Assembly: GCA_977017645.1 (NCBI GenBank)
Contig: OZ360226.1
Location: forward strand, 117,180,001-117,244,000
Direction: 5' to 3'
DNA from: Torpedo marmorata
Taxonomy: Eukaryota
DNA: 64,000 bases
Below are positions 1 through 13,319 of the stretch, piece by piece (the first letter of the stretch is position 1; every line of letters starts with the position of its first letter). The position numbers were made by a program, and so were the translations under genes. Under the pieces are notes generated by a model. The model saw nothing but the letters and a program-made list of their open reading frames with translations, was not told the origin of the DNA and did no database searches.

Positions 1-400
1 GGGGGGAAGGGGGATGGCAAAGGCAGGAGATGATAGGTGGAGAAAGGAGGGAGGGGACAGCAGCAAAGAGGGGGAGGAGGGATGGCTAGGTAGCTGGAGA
101 AAAACAGGAAGGACAGGTGAGGGGGAAGGGGAAGGGAACGACAAGCAGGTTTAGTGGAAAGCAGAAAAGTCAATGTTAATGCCATCTGGCTGGAGAGTGC
201 CGAGACGGAATATGAGATGTTGTTCCTCCAATTTGCGGGTAGTCTGGGTGGGATAGTACATGAGGCCATGGACAGACATGGGAGTGTGACCCGGAATTGA
301 AATGGTTGGCTACTGGGAGGTCGCTGTTGTTGCGGACGGAGAGGAGGTGCTCAGCAAAGCGGTCTCCCAATCTACGACCGGTCTCTCCAATGTAGAGAAA
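1..400 (-). mobile_element. Penelope-like element 3' fragment (GIY-YIG endonuclease C-terminus plus pyrimidine-rich tail)
   Basis: ORF 176-427(-) contains LYIGETGRRLGDRFAEH...VANHFN. It is homologous to the copies at 1703-2029, 29754-30130 and 50182-50500. Confidence 0.85.
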
Positions 401-404
401 TGTT

Positions 405-585
405 ACAGGGCTCAGTTCTGGGTCCACTGTTTGTCATCAATATTAACAACTTGGATGACAATGCAGTTAGTGTGGTTCATAAGTTTGCACTATTTTTTTT
501 TTTAACTGCAATTTAGTACCTGTAATGCTGCCGCAAAACAATGAATTTTGTGACATGTTCGTGACAATAAATTCTGATTCTGATG
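405..585 (+). mobile_element. Small CR1 RT fragment followed by a Rex1/Babar 3' tail
   Basis: cagggctcagttctgggtccactg reads QGSVLGPL. It is followed by tgctgccgcaaaac...gacaataaattctgattctga, which matches the Rex1 tails at 9810 and 17828. Confidence 0.65.
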
Positions 586-850
586 GTTAAGGAATAAGGG
601 AGATATTTTGGAGACACCTGTGCAGAATATCTTGCCTTCAGAGAAAAGGCAATGCAGAAGGAGTAACTGAAAGAATGGAATAGAGTTCTTAAAAGTGCGA
701 ACAGGGTATGGGGTGGGGTATAGCTGTTGGTGGGTTTGTAGTAGATATCAGTGGCTGAACCACCTGAGATGGAGATAGACAGATCCAGGAAGGGAAAAGT
801 TGGAGATGGACTAAGTGAAGGTGAGAGCTGGCTGGTAATTGGCTGCATTT
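586..850 (-). mobile_element. Degenerate Penelope-like RT C-terminal fragment
   Basis: ORF 513-848(-) contains FPFLDLSISISG..TDIYYKPTNS. Confidence 0.7.
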
Positions 851-1039
851 AGTTTTTCCACAGTGATGATTTCTTTTGAGTTTTTCATGAGTGTGGGAAG
901 GAGAACCAATGCAGTGTCAATACTGGAAAAATAATTAGAAGAGAGGAACAGAGAAGGGCTGTATCTGTGAGCTCTATTTTAATGCGCTTAAACAAAGACA
1001 ACAAAAATATTTTCTAGATTTTTCTTGGAGTTCATAGAA

Positions 1040-1250
1040 GGGCACCACAGTGGTGCTGCTGCCTCAGAGTTACAATGACCTGCATTCAATTCTAATATCT
1101 TTGTGGAGTTTGCATATTGGCAATGTTACTGTATAGGTTTCCCTGGCTGCTCTGGTTTCTTGCCACTTCCCAAAGGAATGCTCAGTTAATTGGCTACTTG
1201 TTTATGCTTCTAATGTCAGTGGGTGGCAGGAGATCAAGGTGGAGTTGATG
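1040..1250 (+). mobile_element. Degenerate V-SINE (HE1-like)
   Basis: Decayed tRNA-like head followed by the V-domain gtggagtttgcat...ggtttccctggctgctctggtttc. Confidence 0.6.
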
Positions 1251-2413
1251 CCTCTTCACACCCTGTCTCCTGTAAGGATTCTATTCTGTCTTCTCAATTC
1301 CTCTGCCCCTGTTGCATCAAAACATTGCTTCCCCTCTACTGCCATCAACAGAGCCATTACCTGCATCTCCTCTATTTCCCGCACATCTACCCTGGCTCCC
1401 TCTGCCCTAATATGCAATAAGGGCAGGATTCCCCTGGTACTCACCTACCACCCCACCAGCCTCCGCATCCAACATATTATACTCAGCAATTTCCGCCGCT
1501 TACAATGTGATCTCACCACCAGACACATCTTCCCCTCCCCTTTCTACTTCTGCAGGAACTGCACCCTCTGGGACTCAATCATCCACTCATCCCTTCCCAC
1601 TAGTGCCCTGTCGGTACTTAGCCCTGTGACTGCAAGAAATTCTACACTTGTGCCCACACATCCTCCCTCACCACCATTCGGGGTCCCAAATAGTCCTTCC
1701 AAGTGAAGCAATGCTTCACATGTGAATCTGCTGGGGTCATCTATTGCAACCTGTGCTCCAGTTGTGGCTTTCTCTACATCGGAGAGACTGGACGCAGACT
1801 GGGAGATCGTTTCGTTGAGCACCTTTGTTCTGTCTGCTGCAATAAAAGGGACTTCCCAGTGGCCAACAATTTTAATTCCACACACCATTCCCACACAGAT
1901 ACGTCTGTCCATGGCCTCATGCACTGCCAATCCGAGGCTGCCCACAAATTGGAGGAACACCATCTAATATTCTGTTTGGGCACTCTCCAACTAGACGGCA
2001 TCAACATCGATTTCCCCAGTTTCCGTTAAATCCCACCCTGAGTCTCTCTCTCTATCCCTTTGTCTCCTTTCCTCCAGCTCCCCACCCCCTTCCCTCTCCA
2101 TTGAGATCTACCCCCTCCCCCACTATCACCACAGCTTTTTTTCTCTTCTGCCCTCCCACCTATGACCTCTTGCCTGTTAGCCTGTACTCCTCCCCTCGCC
2201 CCTTTCTCTCTCCTTTCTTCTTTTCACCACTCTCCTCCCCCCACCTTTTTATTCATGCTCCTGCCTGCTTTTTGCTGGTACCTTGAGGAAGGGCTCAGGC
2301 CTGAAATGTTGGTTACCCTTTACTTGCTCTAGATGCTGTGTGTCCTGCTGAGTTTCTCCAGCAATTTTGTGTATTACACTATGACCACAGCTTCTGCAGA
2401 CTTTCCTGTTTAA
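1250..2413 (+). mobile_element. Penelope-like element, 5'-truncated (GIY-YIG domain plus terminal repeat with hammerhead motif)
   Basis: Contains RIPLVLTYHP and GVIYCNLCSSCGFLYIGETGRRLGDRFVEH. The tail has ttgaggaagggctcaggcctgaaatg (~2283) and tgctgagtttctccagca. Confidence 0.9.
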
Positions 2414-4274
2414 CGTGAATCTGGTGTGTGTGTGTTTTCAAATTACTGAGTTGCTGTATTTAGGCATTTTTTTTCCCCCAAACGAGTGACCATTGAAATC
2501 TGACCAAAGAGGGGTTAAGAATTGTCTTGAGCCAGGAATTGCACTAATTTGTGGCTGTTGGTCTAGTAACAAAGGTCACTCAGTGGACTCTTGGACCAAG
2601 TTGACACAGTGACCAAATAGCAAGTACAGGGAGTTTTTGCTCTTGATGAATGATTGATTGTCTAGATCAGGTGGCCTGGTTATTTTGAGATGACATAACC
2701 AGTCTGAGAGATCAGTAAAGGGCAATGTTGGATGTGGCATGTCATTTCTACCTACTTGATCCCACCAATCTCGCCTGTTGTTTCTCTTGTTAACTCAACC
2801 AGTATCATATTTGAAAATTCGTTTTATTTTAGTTGTTGAGTTGTCCTTTATAACTTTTACAAAGGCTGATATGAAAACCTTTATCCTTTCCTATTCTCGT
2901 GTTAAGCCAATGAAAGTAATTGTTTGTGGGAGGCTTATTTTAAGACTGCTCATTTTCCATACATTTCGGCTAACTTGTTCATTGCTTTGTATCGTGAGTT
3001 TTGTGTTTCAAGGAATATATCCTAATTTTTATTTCAACAACTACTCTAATGGAACATATAATAGTTTTAAATCTTGGTACAGGTTACCTTTGTCTTTGGA
3101 AAGTTTTGTGTGGAAAAAGAATTGAAGTTTAACTAATTCACTATAAATTTGATTGTAGTTCAGTGGGAATAACTATTTCCCACTTAATTACAGCATTTTC
3201 ATGTCACATTTGACAAATCAACCAGTAAAATTATTCATTAATACTACAGACACAAGGTTAGCCATGAAAATGTTCCAGTCTAAGACCAAGAGCATCCTCA
3301 TTTAATGATGAGTATTTGCTTTGGAGTGTTAAATTGCAGGTGGTGCTTGACAGGGGGTGGATTGCATTGGGCGCTCTCTTCCCATTTTCAGTTTGTACAT
3401 GGACTCCTGTGTCCTTCCATTGTAGAGACTCTTTTTGGTGCTTTCCAACATGTTCCTTTCCTTTTTGTCAACTATAAACCCCTGGATATGGTAAATGGAA
3501 ATTTCCATTAGATCCATTTTGGTAAAATTGAAACCATCTTGTTGGTTTCTTGCCAGTAAATGAATACCTCCTGACTTTCACTCCATCAACATCAGTGGAT
3601 GGCATTGTACACTAATTCTGGAAAAGTGGAATTTTGGCTCTATTTGATTCTGTGCTGTTCTTGTGTCCCAAGCTCCGGTTGCCAAGAACTTTTACTTCTC
3701 AATTGTTTCCCACGTCCATCCTTTCATGTTTCACCAATGCTGAAAGGTTAATACTGGCCCTCTTCTCAGAGGTTTGATCTTTTCCCACTGTTTTCCTTTC
3801 TGGCTTCTCCTTCCAATATCCATAGACTCTCCTGCACTTCTACTACCCCACTGCGGTCAATTCTCACTGCCTCCTTATTCTGGAAATTTCTCATTGCTTT
3901 CATGGTGCTAGGATCTACTTGAATAGGTACATTTTGGGTTTCTGAGTGAATTATTTATTTCTTTGCAGGTTGATTGAATTTATTAATAGCATCTCGCAAT
4001 CTGAGTAAACAGTTCAAATTTTCAAGTCTCAATCTGAGGACTTGTGTGCTTCAGTGTGTCATTGTACGAGCGCAGCATTGGTGTGAAACTTCTGTCTTTC
4101 TGTTCTTTTTGCAGGATCCAACTTCTCCCATGAAGCAGTTTAAAAGATCAGAGGATCTCCGGCTGCCTTATTCAATCTATATTAGTCAGCCAACAGAAAT
4201 CACACAATTATTGTATCGTTACTTGCCCCAACAGAGGATTTACTTGCATAATTGCTTCAGCTAATGAGTTGGAT

Positions 4275-4760
4275 TTTAAAAAAAATTAAATTTAGAGATA
4301 TAGCCTGGTAATAGGCCCTTCCAGCCCACGATCCTGTGCTGCCCAAATACACCCATGAGACCCAGCGTCGGCGCCAAGGGGGGGCATTCGCGGGCACTAG
4401 CAATAAAAGCAACGCTTTCCGCTGCTACGGTCGGAGGGAATGGAGGTTTCCGTCCGGTAGGCAGCTACCAGCACCCCCCCCCCTCCACGTTGAGCGAGTT
4501 TACGACTGTCGGACTGTGCCCCCCCCGGTTACCCTAATGCCCCCCTCTAACACTCGTTCTGGCGCTGACCCTGATGAGACCAATTAACCTACTAACCCCA
4601 TACGTCTTTGGAATGAGGGAGGAAACCAGAGCACCCAGAAGAAACCACCGCAGCCACTGGGCAAACTTGCAGACTCCTTGCAGACAGTACCGGATTTGAA
4701 CTCAGGTTGCTGGCGCTGTAATAGAGCTGTGGTAACCACTACAGTAATCGTGCCTCCCCA
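4275..4760 (-). mobile_element. V-SINE interrupted by a hAT MITE
   Basis: Reverse-complement SINE head (B box) at ~4690-4760, V-domain at ~4620-4680, tail at 4275-4354. Confidence 0.8.
4363..4573. mobile_element. hAT-superfamily MITE
   Basis: 14-bp TIRs CAGCGTCGGCGCCA / revcomp CAGGGTCAGCGCCA. Perfect 8-bp TSD ATGAGACC at 4355-4362 and 4574-4581. Confidence 0.85.
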
Positions 4761-6795
4761 ATAGGGAATGAAGCTTGTGACTTGCAGCAAGTTATAAGCT
4801 CCAATTCATCAGCATTTAGCAAAAAAATATGTTTGAACTGATAGAAACAAAAATTTACCGCAATGTAAACATGTTAATTTCTGCAGAAAAATTAGAGCAT
4901 GGAGGATATTGACACCTAAATGATAAAATCACTCTCAGTTGCTTGCATTGGCGTGGTTACCATACTTAAAAGCTTTGGGAGTTACATAATCATTGTCACT
5001 CTTTCTGCATCTCACATTCTGCTCTCTGCAGTTTTGCCTCACTATTGTTGAGGGATGCTCTTGTGGCCAGATTGGCTTGCATTTTGTTTGTGATTACGTT
5101 TGGAAATTACTTCCTTAACGTACTCAGAAGCTGGTTATGTTTAAGTTCTTGATAGGTGCCGTATAATTGAAAGTTTCCTTGTTTTGTAACAGGGCTAACC
5201 TGGGTTAACCTCAGTGAATTATAGGTCACTTCTGCTCCCTATCTGCACACTGAAACCACTCTTTCATTTCACCAGATATTTATTACCCCTATTCCCAACT
5301 CCTCTACCCATCACTTCATTTTAACTTATTTTACCTTTTATTCAAATGTTAAGGTCGTTTTTAATCAGGGCAGGACTTCTGCAAAGAGGAGAATTTAGCA
5401 TTTCTAGTATAATTTTGATACAATTACAATACGAGTTTTCAAACAAATATGTAATTCCTGTCTTTGAAGAGTTGTTCCTGACTACAACTGCAACATTTAA
5501 CTACTTGGGGGCACGCATATATTACAACTGGAGCCACAATGACTGAATAGTTTAATGCACATGTGTGCACTAGTGTCTCTTGACTGTTACTGTGATCATT
5601 CTGAATTAAATGTACAGCCAGATTTAGACTTGTTACAGGTATGCTTTAAAAATGAATAACACAAGCCCCAGGAGAGGGAAAACATTTGGAACTTTTTTTC
5701 CACAATATACAACTTCTTGTGGTTTCTCCATATTTTAGGACAAAACAAGCCTGTCAGGCTCCTCCATTGGGGACATTGTTGTTGCAGTTCTGTAGTAATA
5801 GTGGGCTTTGCCCTTCCTTTCACAGGACGACAGCTTCCTCCTATGTAGGGGTTTCCTGTGGAATGTCGTTAAGCCCTACTGTAAAGGAAATGTATTGCAT
5901 TTTAGTTAGTTGCATGCTGCTTGGTAAAGGTGTTTGTAGGGCAGCTATTTTTCAGATTTCTTCAATTGCAACCATAATATAAACGAGTATTTTGATGGTT
6001 TTTTTCTTCCCAATTTGCAGAATAATTTGCCAATAAACCTAATTAGCGAGGACTTTTATGTGGATCTAGCTAACCAGTAAAGTCGAAGTAAAACTGCTCA
6101 TGCTGCCATGAATAAATGACCGTGCATCTCCTGCAGAGGCTCCCAGTAAAAATTTCTGGTAGAATGAGACCTTAACAGCAACTATCATTATCAAATTGTG
6201 TGAATATACAGGTTTCTGTGTGCATCAAATTTTGCTTGCAGAGTTGCTGTGATATTTCAGCTGATCAACATATTAATGCAGATTTTCCGCCAGAATTGTC
6301 TCGATTTCTGCTGTAAATTTGGCACATGATGCAAGGATATCCCAGATAAATGACGTTAACTCAAGGCTGTGCCTGATTAAGTCATAATTGCAACCTGTTA
6401 ATTGATGCTTTTCACCAACAAAATACTGCAGAGGCATGCACTTTAAGATGACCTTGTTATGTAAAGTCAGTGTTTGTACTTTCAAGGAAGATGTGTGAGT
6501 TGCCAAATCAGCACAGCTGTACTTTAAAAAAAATTTAAATGGGTAACTCTTCAAGAGGGCACTGGGAATACTGAATTTACCTTTAGTGCGTTTAATTCAT
6601 GATATTTTTGCATGACGTGAAAATAGAATCTGTAAAGATCCTATTTTAAAAATTAATAGCATGTTAATGAGAAAATGCTTGGGAGGGTATTTGACAATGT
6701 CATTGTAGTGTATATCGATGTGTATGACAAACTTGCCTGTGGGAGTGGAAATAAGAAGATGTACAAGTTTTAGTTGTTCTCCATATCTGTCATTA

Positions 6796-7319
6796 GCCTC
6801 TTTCACACTGGCTAACCAGTAAATTGGCCGTTCAGTGATCCGGTTAAGGAAGCCATTTTTGCCGTTCACACTGGGCCAATGTTAACTGGGACACTGCGTC
6901 CTTTCACACTCATCACAAGGCATCCCCGGGGATAGGGGAGTTTATCCTCCACCGGAGATGTCTGAGTGACGCATCGAGCGATGGTGGACCTGTCTCTCTC
7001 CCGCTACGACTTTCCCATGGTCCTTTAGAAATTTATAAAGGTTTATGTAGGTCGGCAAAGTTTATACCTTTTTAATCTTTTGTTTCCTTCACGTTCCTGC
7101 ACTCACGCAAAAAAGTCATCAACGCATCACTACTTTGTCCCTGGATAGTAAGTGTCCCTTTCACACTGGGCTAATCGGCGGGGTTGAGTGTAGGGGTCTA
7201 GGCCATCCATCCCCGGCGTGATTTGACATATGCGTGCCGATTCTGGAGCATTCACACTGGACCCTTAACCGGTAAATTGGCCGTCAATTACTAGGACAAG
7301 TTGCCAGTGTGAAAGGTGC
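6796..7319. mobile_element. PIF/Harbinger-like MITE
   Basis: TIRs GCCTCTTTCACACTGGC / revcomp GCACCTTTCACACTGGC, with several internal TTCACACT repeats. Flanks are TTA / TAT, an imperfect TWA-type TSD. Confidence 0.7.
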
Positions 7320-7619
7320 TATAGATTCCTTATAGTCTTGTCACTGCATTCAGTCCATATACATGCTTGGCTCACCGATCTGTAACAGGAAGAATGGACC
7401 TCCTATGAAGTAGGGAAAAAATGTAGGACAGATCTTACATGAAAAATAAGAACTTTTGAGTGCTGTAAGGAAATTAACTTGCAAGGAGATAATGTTTGTA
7501 ACCATAGCAGCAGTGTGAATCACTAGCAGTCTTGCTGGGAAAAGCAAGTATGGGCATGGGAGAGAATACTGATCAAAATTATGTGTGAGAAGTTTGAGTA
7601 GTTTTGTATGCATGCATTG

Positions 7620-7900
7620 GCTGAGGACCATTTACTGTACTTAGTGTACACAATGTGGCCACCTTCACGTTGGAGAACTGAAATGCAGAATGGATGATGG
7701 TTTGTGGAACATCTGTGCTTAGCCTGCAGGAGTGTCTCTGAGCTTTCAGTTCACCATCCCACTGCAACTCTGACCTCCATCTCTGGCCTCCTGCAGCATT
7801 GCAGTGAGGTCCAATGTAAGCTCAGGGACAACACCTCATTTTACATCTGCACACTTTTTAGTTTGCTGGACTCAATTGAATTCTCCAACTTCATGTAACT
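7620..7900 (+). mobile_element. Old Penelope-like GIY-YIG remnant
   Basis: catttactgtacttagtgtacacaatgtggccaccttcacgttggagaa resembles the IYC..C..CG..YIGE coding segment of the younger copies. Confidence 0.55.
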
Positions 7901-8282
7901 TGGTCTTGCTTTTGGTTTGTATCAGGAATGGCCATTTGTACATGCAGTTCTTTTCCCCACCTGCATTAATTTTTATTTCCATATACGCTGGCCCATTAAG
8001 CATGTCCCAATAGGCCAGATGATACAACGTCACCTTGACTTCACGATACATTAAGCAGATCCCTTGCTGGCATTAATTCGGTCATTTTATGTCAAAAATT
8101 TAGCATTTCTTTAAATCTAAGAATCTTTCTTTAGCATTGTTGAGTGCCTTGTTGGTGCAAAATTAAAAATGAGATTAGGAAAACCAAAAAGTGACCCCTT
8201 TTAAAAAGCAGGTATGGGCAAAACTATTGAGGCATAGACCTAATATGTTCTGAAAAAACTTGATTTGAAATTGTGATGAGAA

Positions 8283-8770
8283 ATGGTTAAGGGGATCATT
8301 CTCACCCACCCAACCATTCTCATTCCTCCCCCTTTGGTTCCATTCCCTTCCACCTCCACATTGGATTCTTCCACTCTCTCTTTCCCCCTCCCCTCTTTGG
8401 TTCCATCTGGTCTCTGTTGTACCACTATTGTCATCTTCTCTGATCAGATTCCAGCATTGGCAGTCTTTGTCTCCTATCACCCTCTCCCTTCTGTAATGCT
8501 CATCTTTTGCCCCCTGACCCCTTTGTTTTTCTTGTCTCCCTCTTCCTTTGTCTGGTATGTGCCAATCTTTTGCTTGTGTCCATCGTGCTTCATTCTCCCC
8601 TTGTTCAACAATTCCACATGGGCCCTGTCCTCTGGGCACTGGCTTCTCTTCTGAATTCCCAGTTTTGATGAAGTGCTTCTGCCTGAAATCCTGCTGATGC
8701 TGCTTGACCTACTCAGTTCCTCCAGCAAATTATCTTTAGCTTCCGATTCCAGCATCAGCAGTCTCATGTG
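8283..8770 (+). mobile_element. Old Penelope-like 3' terminal repeat remnant
   Basis: Pyrimidine-rich tract, then ttgatgaagtgcttctgcctgaaa and tgacctactcagttcctccagca. Confidence 0.55.
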
Positions 8771-9804
8771 GCAGCTTTGCTTTTAAACAGTGAGTTGGAG
8801 ATGAGAATATGTACGATGCATATGAGATATTGTTCTGTCAGATGTGAAAATTTATAGAATTGGGTGGTTACCTCTTTTCACTCCACCCCATTGCCCCCTT
8901 CTTCCCCCCCCCCTCAACATCAGAAGATTTTTACCTGAGGATATTCGAACCATCTTCAAGGATTCCAGGGTTTTCAATGGCAGACTGGGTGAAAGTTGTG
9001 AATGGGCTCTCTAATTTGTGCTAGTCAATGTGTGGGTTAATGTTTTCCCAAGTCGCTCCTGTTTTTAACTGCAGGATACAATCTAATATTTTATGTTTAA
9101 ATTCAAAAAAAATATGCAGGTTATTAAGTCATTTGTGGTCAGATCAGTAAATCTCGCAGTTAGCATACTCAAGTCTGATGATCATTACTATCAAGAAAAC
9201 ATTCAAAACTGAGAAAGATTTGGAATAGTTCTTTAATGTACATCTTGTGACATACTATGAGTTTTTGCGAAAGCTTTCATGAAATCACAACACTTTTTAT
9301 GCTGCATATCTTTTTCTTCAGCAGGTGGTCCACTGCTGTGGTCACCTTCCTATAGAATCACTACTTCATTTATTTTGATATTTTGTTTTAATAGTTCTCC
9401 CTTATTAGAGACCTGAATGTTGTTTATTCCAACAAAATCAAGTTTCTTTTTTATTAATCCAGCTGGGTAATATGATTTGTGCTAATTTTCATTTGCATTG
9501 TAAAAACAGAGGTTAAAATGAGCAAAAAGAAAAATGTTGTCATGACTGTGTGTAATTGCTACTGGCCTAAGTATGATTAAAAACAGCCACACCTCTTCCA
9601 CCCACATGAAGGGTGGGCATGACTGCTCAATAACTAAAGAGCATTTGGAAGGACAAATAGGAAAAACATGGAAATTAAAGAGAATAGGTTTGCCAGTCCT
9701 TCAGGATTGCCTTAGAGTTCCCAGAGATTGGATGGTAAAAAAATAAACATGACTTTCTTGCTTTCATTTTGTTCAAACATTTTCATCTTATATGTATAAA
9801 AATG

Positions 9805-11065
9805 AGAATGGGAATCAGAATCAGAATTTATTGTCATGAACAAGTCATGAAATTCGGTGTTTTGCGGCAGCATCATAGTGCAATTAACATTCATATTAAC
9901 CATCTTACGACATTACTATAAATATTATAAATAATAGTGCACGAAAAATAAGGCAGTGTCTTTGGTTCAATGATTATTCAGGAATCTGATGGTAGCGGGG
10001 AAGAAGCTGTCCTTGTGCCGTTGAGTGCTCGTCTTTAGGCTCCTGTACCTTTTTCCCGATGGAAACAGAGTGAAGAGGGCATGGCCTGGGTGGTGGGGGT
10101 CTTTGAGGATAGAGGCTGCTTTTTTAAGACACCGCCTCATGTAGATATCCTCGATGGAGTGAAGTTTGGTGCCTGTGATGTCACAGGCCGAGTTAACAAC
10201 CCTTTGGAGTTTACTCTTGTCCTGAGAGTTGGCACCTCCATTCCAGGCAGTGATGCAACCAGCCAGAATGCTCTCCACGGTACACCTGTAGAAGTTTACG
10301 AGAGTCTTCGGTGACATACCGAATCTCCGCAGACACCTCACAAAGTATAGCCGCTGTCGAGCCTTCTTTGTGTTGCATCAACGTGGATGCTCCAGGACAG
10401 ATCCTCGGAGATGTTGACACCCAGGAATTTGAAGTTCTTGACCCTCTCCACGACTGAGCCCTCGATGAGGACTGGGTCATGTTCCCCTGACTTCCTCCTG
10501 AAGTCCACAATCATCTCCTTGGTTTTGCTGACATTGAGCTCAAGGTTGTTGTCGTTACACCATTCAACGAGCTGATCTATCTCCCTCCTGTACGCTTCCT
10601 CATTGCCGTTTGTGATTCTGCCGACAACTGTGGTGTCATCGGCAAACTTGTAGATGGCATTGGAATTGTGCCTGGCCACACAGTCATGGGTGTATAACGA
10701 GTAGAGCAGTGGACTAAGCACGCATCCTTGAGGTGTGTCTGTGTTGATAATCAGTGAGGAGGAGACGTTGTTTCCAATTCGTACTGACTGTGGTCTTCCG
10801 ATGAGAAAGTCAAGGATCCAGTTGCAGAGTGGGGTACAGAGGCCTAGAGTTTGTAGCTTCTTGACCAGCTCTGAGGGAATAATGGTATTGAAGGCCGGTC
10901 GATGAAGAGCAGCCGTATGTATGAATTGCTGTTTTTGAGGTGATCCAGAGCTGAGTGGAGAGCCAGCGATATTGCATCTGCTGTGGAGCGATTGTGACGA
11001 TAGGCGAATTGCAGTGGGTCCAGATCTTTGCTTAGGTACGTGTTAATCCTGGCCATGACCAGCCA
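9805..11065 (-). mobile_element. Rex1/Babar LINE, 5'-truncated and frameshifted
   Basis: ORFs 9967-10341, 10338-10721 (YKFADDTT) and 10844-11224 (LDPLQFAYR). 3' tail gacaataaattctgattctga on the minus strand. Confidence 0.9.
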
Positions 11066-11825
11066 ATTGTGAAGCAAAGTACAATGGAGTGTCCCTGGAG
11101 GATGAACCAATGAAGGAGTTGTGAAGGTGTGATGTTTCTGGTAGAAGGTCAAGTGTTGATACTTGTGGATTGCATTGCAAACTGAGCAATCAATCATCTG
11201 TACAGACTGATTCCCAAACTCCACTGTATTGCAGAGAATTTGTCATTTCTTTTTCTGGTAGTTCTTTCGTCAACTTACTAACCTTAACTAAATTTCCAAT
11301 ATGTTTGTGTTATTCTAGATTTGTGTTATAGATTCTTGTTTCAATTCTTCATGTAACGAGATTTTGTATTTTTTAAGGGATATATAGCATTTTGAGCATA
11401 TTGGACCCATGCAAGTTAAGGTGATTATTGCGATATGGGGGAATCTCGCTTGCCTTTATTAAAAAAAAAAATAATTTTCACATAATAGTAATGTGATATT
11501 TCTCTGGTTTAAATACCATCTGTAGTTCAAGACAAATTATAGTATTTCAATAATTATTTCCCATGCCAATGTCAACTTGTCAGTGGAATTAGGCTTATGC
11601 TCAATTACCATACTATCTACTCTCCAAAGAATTTAGCTTTCACTAGAAATACAGTTTGGCGATTCTTATTTGTAATTAATATGGGACAATACAAAAAGGC
11701 TGAGATGATAAATTCTATTTAAGTACTTTCTTAGCGTCTTTTGAGGTCTTTATTTAGTACACAATTAGGTGTCTTTCTAAAGATGGCAGCATTTCAGTGT
11801 AATCTTGTGTACTGGAATAGAAAGG

Positions 11826-12150
11826 GGCAGGGAAGTGGTGCAGTGAGTCGAACTGTAGCTTCACAACTCCAGTGAGCAGAGTTCAATCCTGACCTTCGGT
11901 GCTATTGGTGTGGAGTTTGGACCTTCTCTGCATGGATTTCCTCCTGGTGCTCCAATTTCCTCCCGTATCCCAAAGATGTGCAGATTCTCGGGTTAATTGG
12001 GATTGCCAATTGCTTCTAGTGTGCATGTGAGTGGTAGAATCTTTGGAGGCAGGGTAGAGTTGAATGGAAATATAGTGGAAATTAAAAAAAAGTAATGTAA
12101 AAGGCGCTTGATAGTCTGTGTGGATTCGATGGGCCTGTTGCTGTGCTCTC
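11826..12150 (+). mobile_element. V-SINE (older copy)
   Basis: A/B boxes (gtggtgcagtg, agttcaatcct), V-domain gtgtggagtttg...tcctcctggtgctcc, tail gatgggcctgttgctgtgct. Confidence 0.7.
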
Positions 12151-12257
12151 TGCCACATATTCTTTAAGCTGTTTAATTTCTTAAGCAGCATATCGTGAGA
12201 AAATGGGGAAAGAAAGATCTGATCAATCTTTCCATATGTAAAACAATATAAACAGAT

Positions 12258-12400
12258 CATGGAACATAGAGCATTACAGCACTGTACAGGCCCTTCAGCC
12301 CACTATGTTGTGCCGACCTATGGAAACTACACAACAGTTTAATTTTTCCCAACCTCACATGCATAACCTATTTTTCTTACATCTGTGCCTATCTAAGACT
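12258..12400 (-). mobile_element. CR1/HER1 LINE 3' end
   Basis: acagcactgtacaggcccttcagcccac is the reverse complement of the CR1 tail seen at ~32340 and ~60205. Confidence 0.65.
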
Positions 12401-13319
12401 ATCCATTGATGACATTCTTCTATGCGGTATTGGATGCAAACATATGATTCTTTGTGACTTTGGAATATCCCTGTGGCTTCTGGCTTGGATTTCCATGAAT
12501 TCTTTCTCCTTAAGCATTGTCTTCCTTGTACAGTTTGGCAGGCTTGCTCTGACTGAGTACTACTGTTATAAGTCTGATTATAGCCAGAGAATCTCTTAAT
12601 TCTACCCCAATACTGAACACAAGTTTTATGAACACATTTGACAACCCAAATGATATTCAGGTTGGGGTTCCTCGATCTTGATCTGTGAAAACTCTTGCTC
12701 ATTGGAAACTTCACCATATCCTGATATCTCATCCTGCAACAAATTCAGCTTTTGCTGCAATTTAAAACTCTCATAACTCAGATTTAATCCATTCATGACC
12801 TCTCCTCCCTCTCCTTGACTATCTCTAACCAAATGTTGTCTTCAAAGATATGTGGCATATTTAATCAGACCATTTGCTGCCCTACCAGTCTACTCTCAAT
12901 TAGCAGCTGTGATGGGATTTGTCAATCATGTTTTGAAGCAGCACTTACCTGCCAATAATTTGCACACTGATGTTCTGCCAGGAGCACTGGTCATTGCTGC
13001 CTGGTGCAAAGGTTACCAAGAGCTTAGTTCCATAGGTGCGGTGAGAGTTGACACTTTTGACACTAATGTATCTTTTATTTAAGTATGCCATCAATCAGCT
13101 TCATTAAGAGTGACGACGATGAAAATATAATGGTAAACTCTAAACTATTTTGAGCTGTGACTCTCTCAAAAGAAGATGTTTCTAATTGTTGGAGGCTCAT
13201 CATCTCAGCTATAGAACCAAGCTTCTCGACTATCTTGGGGTTACCATCTTCAGCTGCTTCATTTCCCTCTAACATTAAGATGAAGAACATTCAGTCAGAG
13301 TGAAGTGTGCAAAGACATA

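Noticed and set aside
4100-4264. Possible extra exon after a strong-looking acceptor (ttctttttgcag)
   Set aside because: No recognisable protein similarity and no clear donor; chance splice-like signals are common in long introns.
12400-13300. Possible ancient transposase remnant (several short minus-strand ORFs)
   Set aside because: No diagnostic motif could be identified by eye; it needs a translated search.
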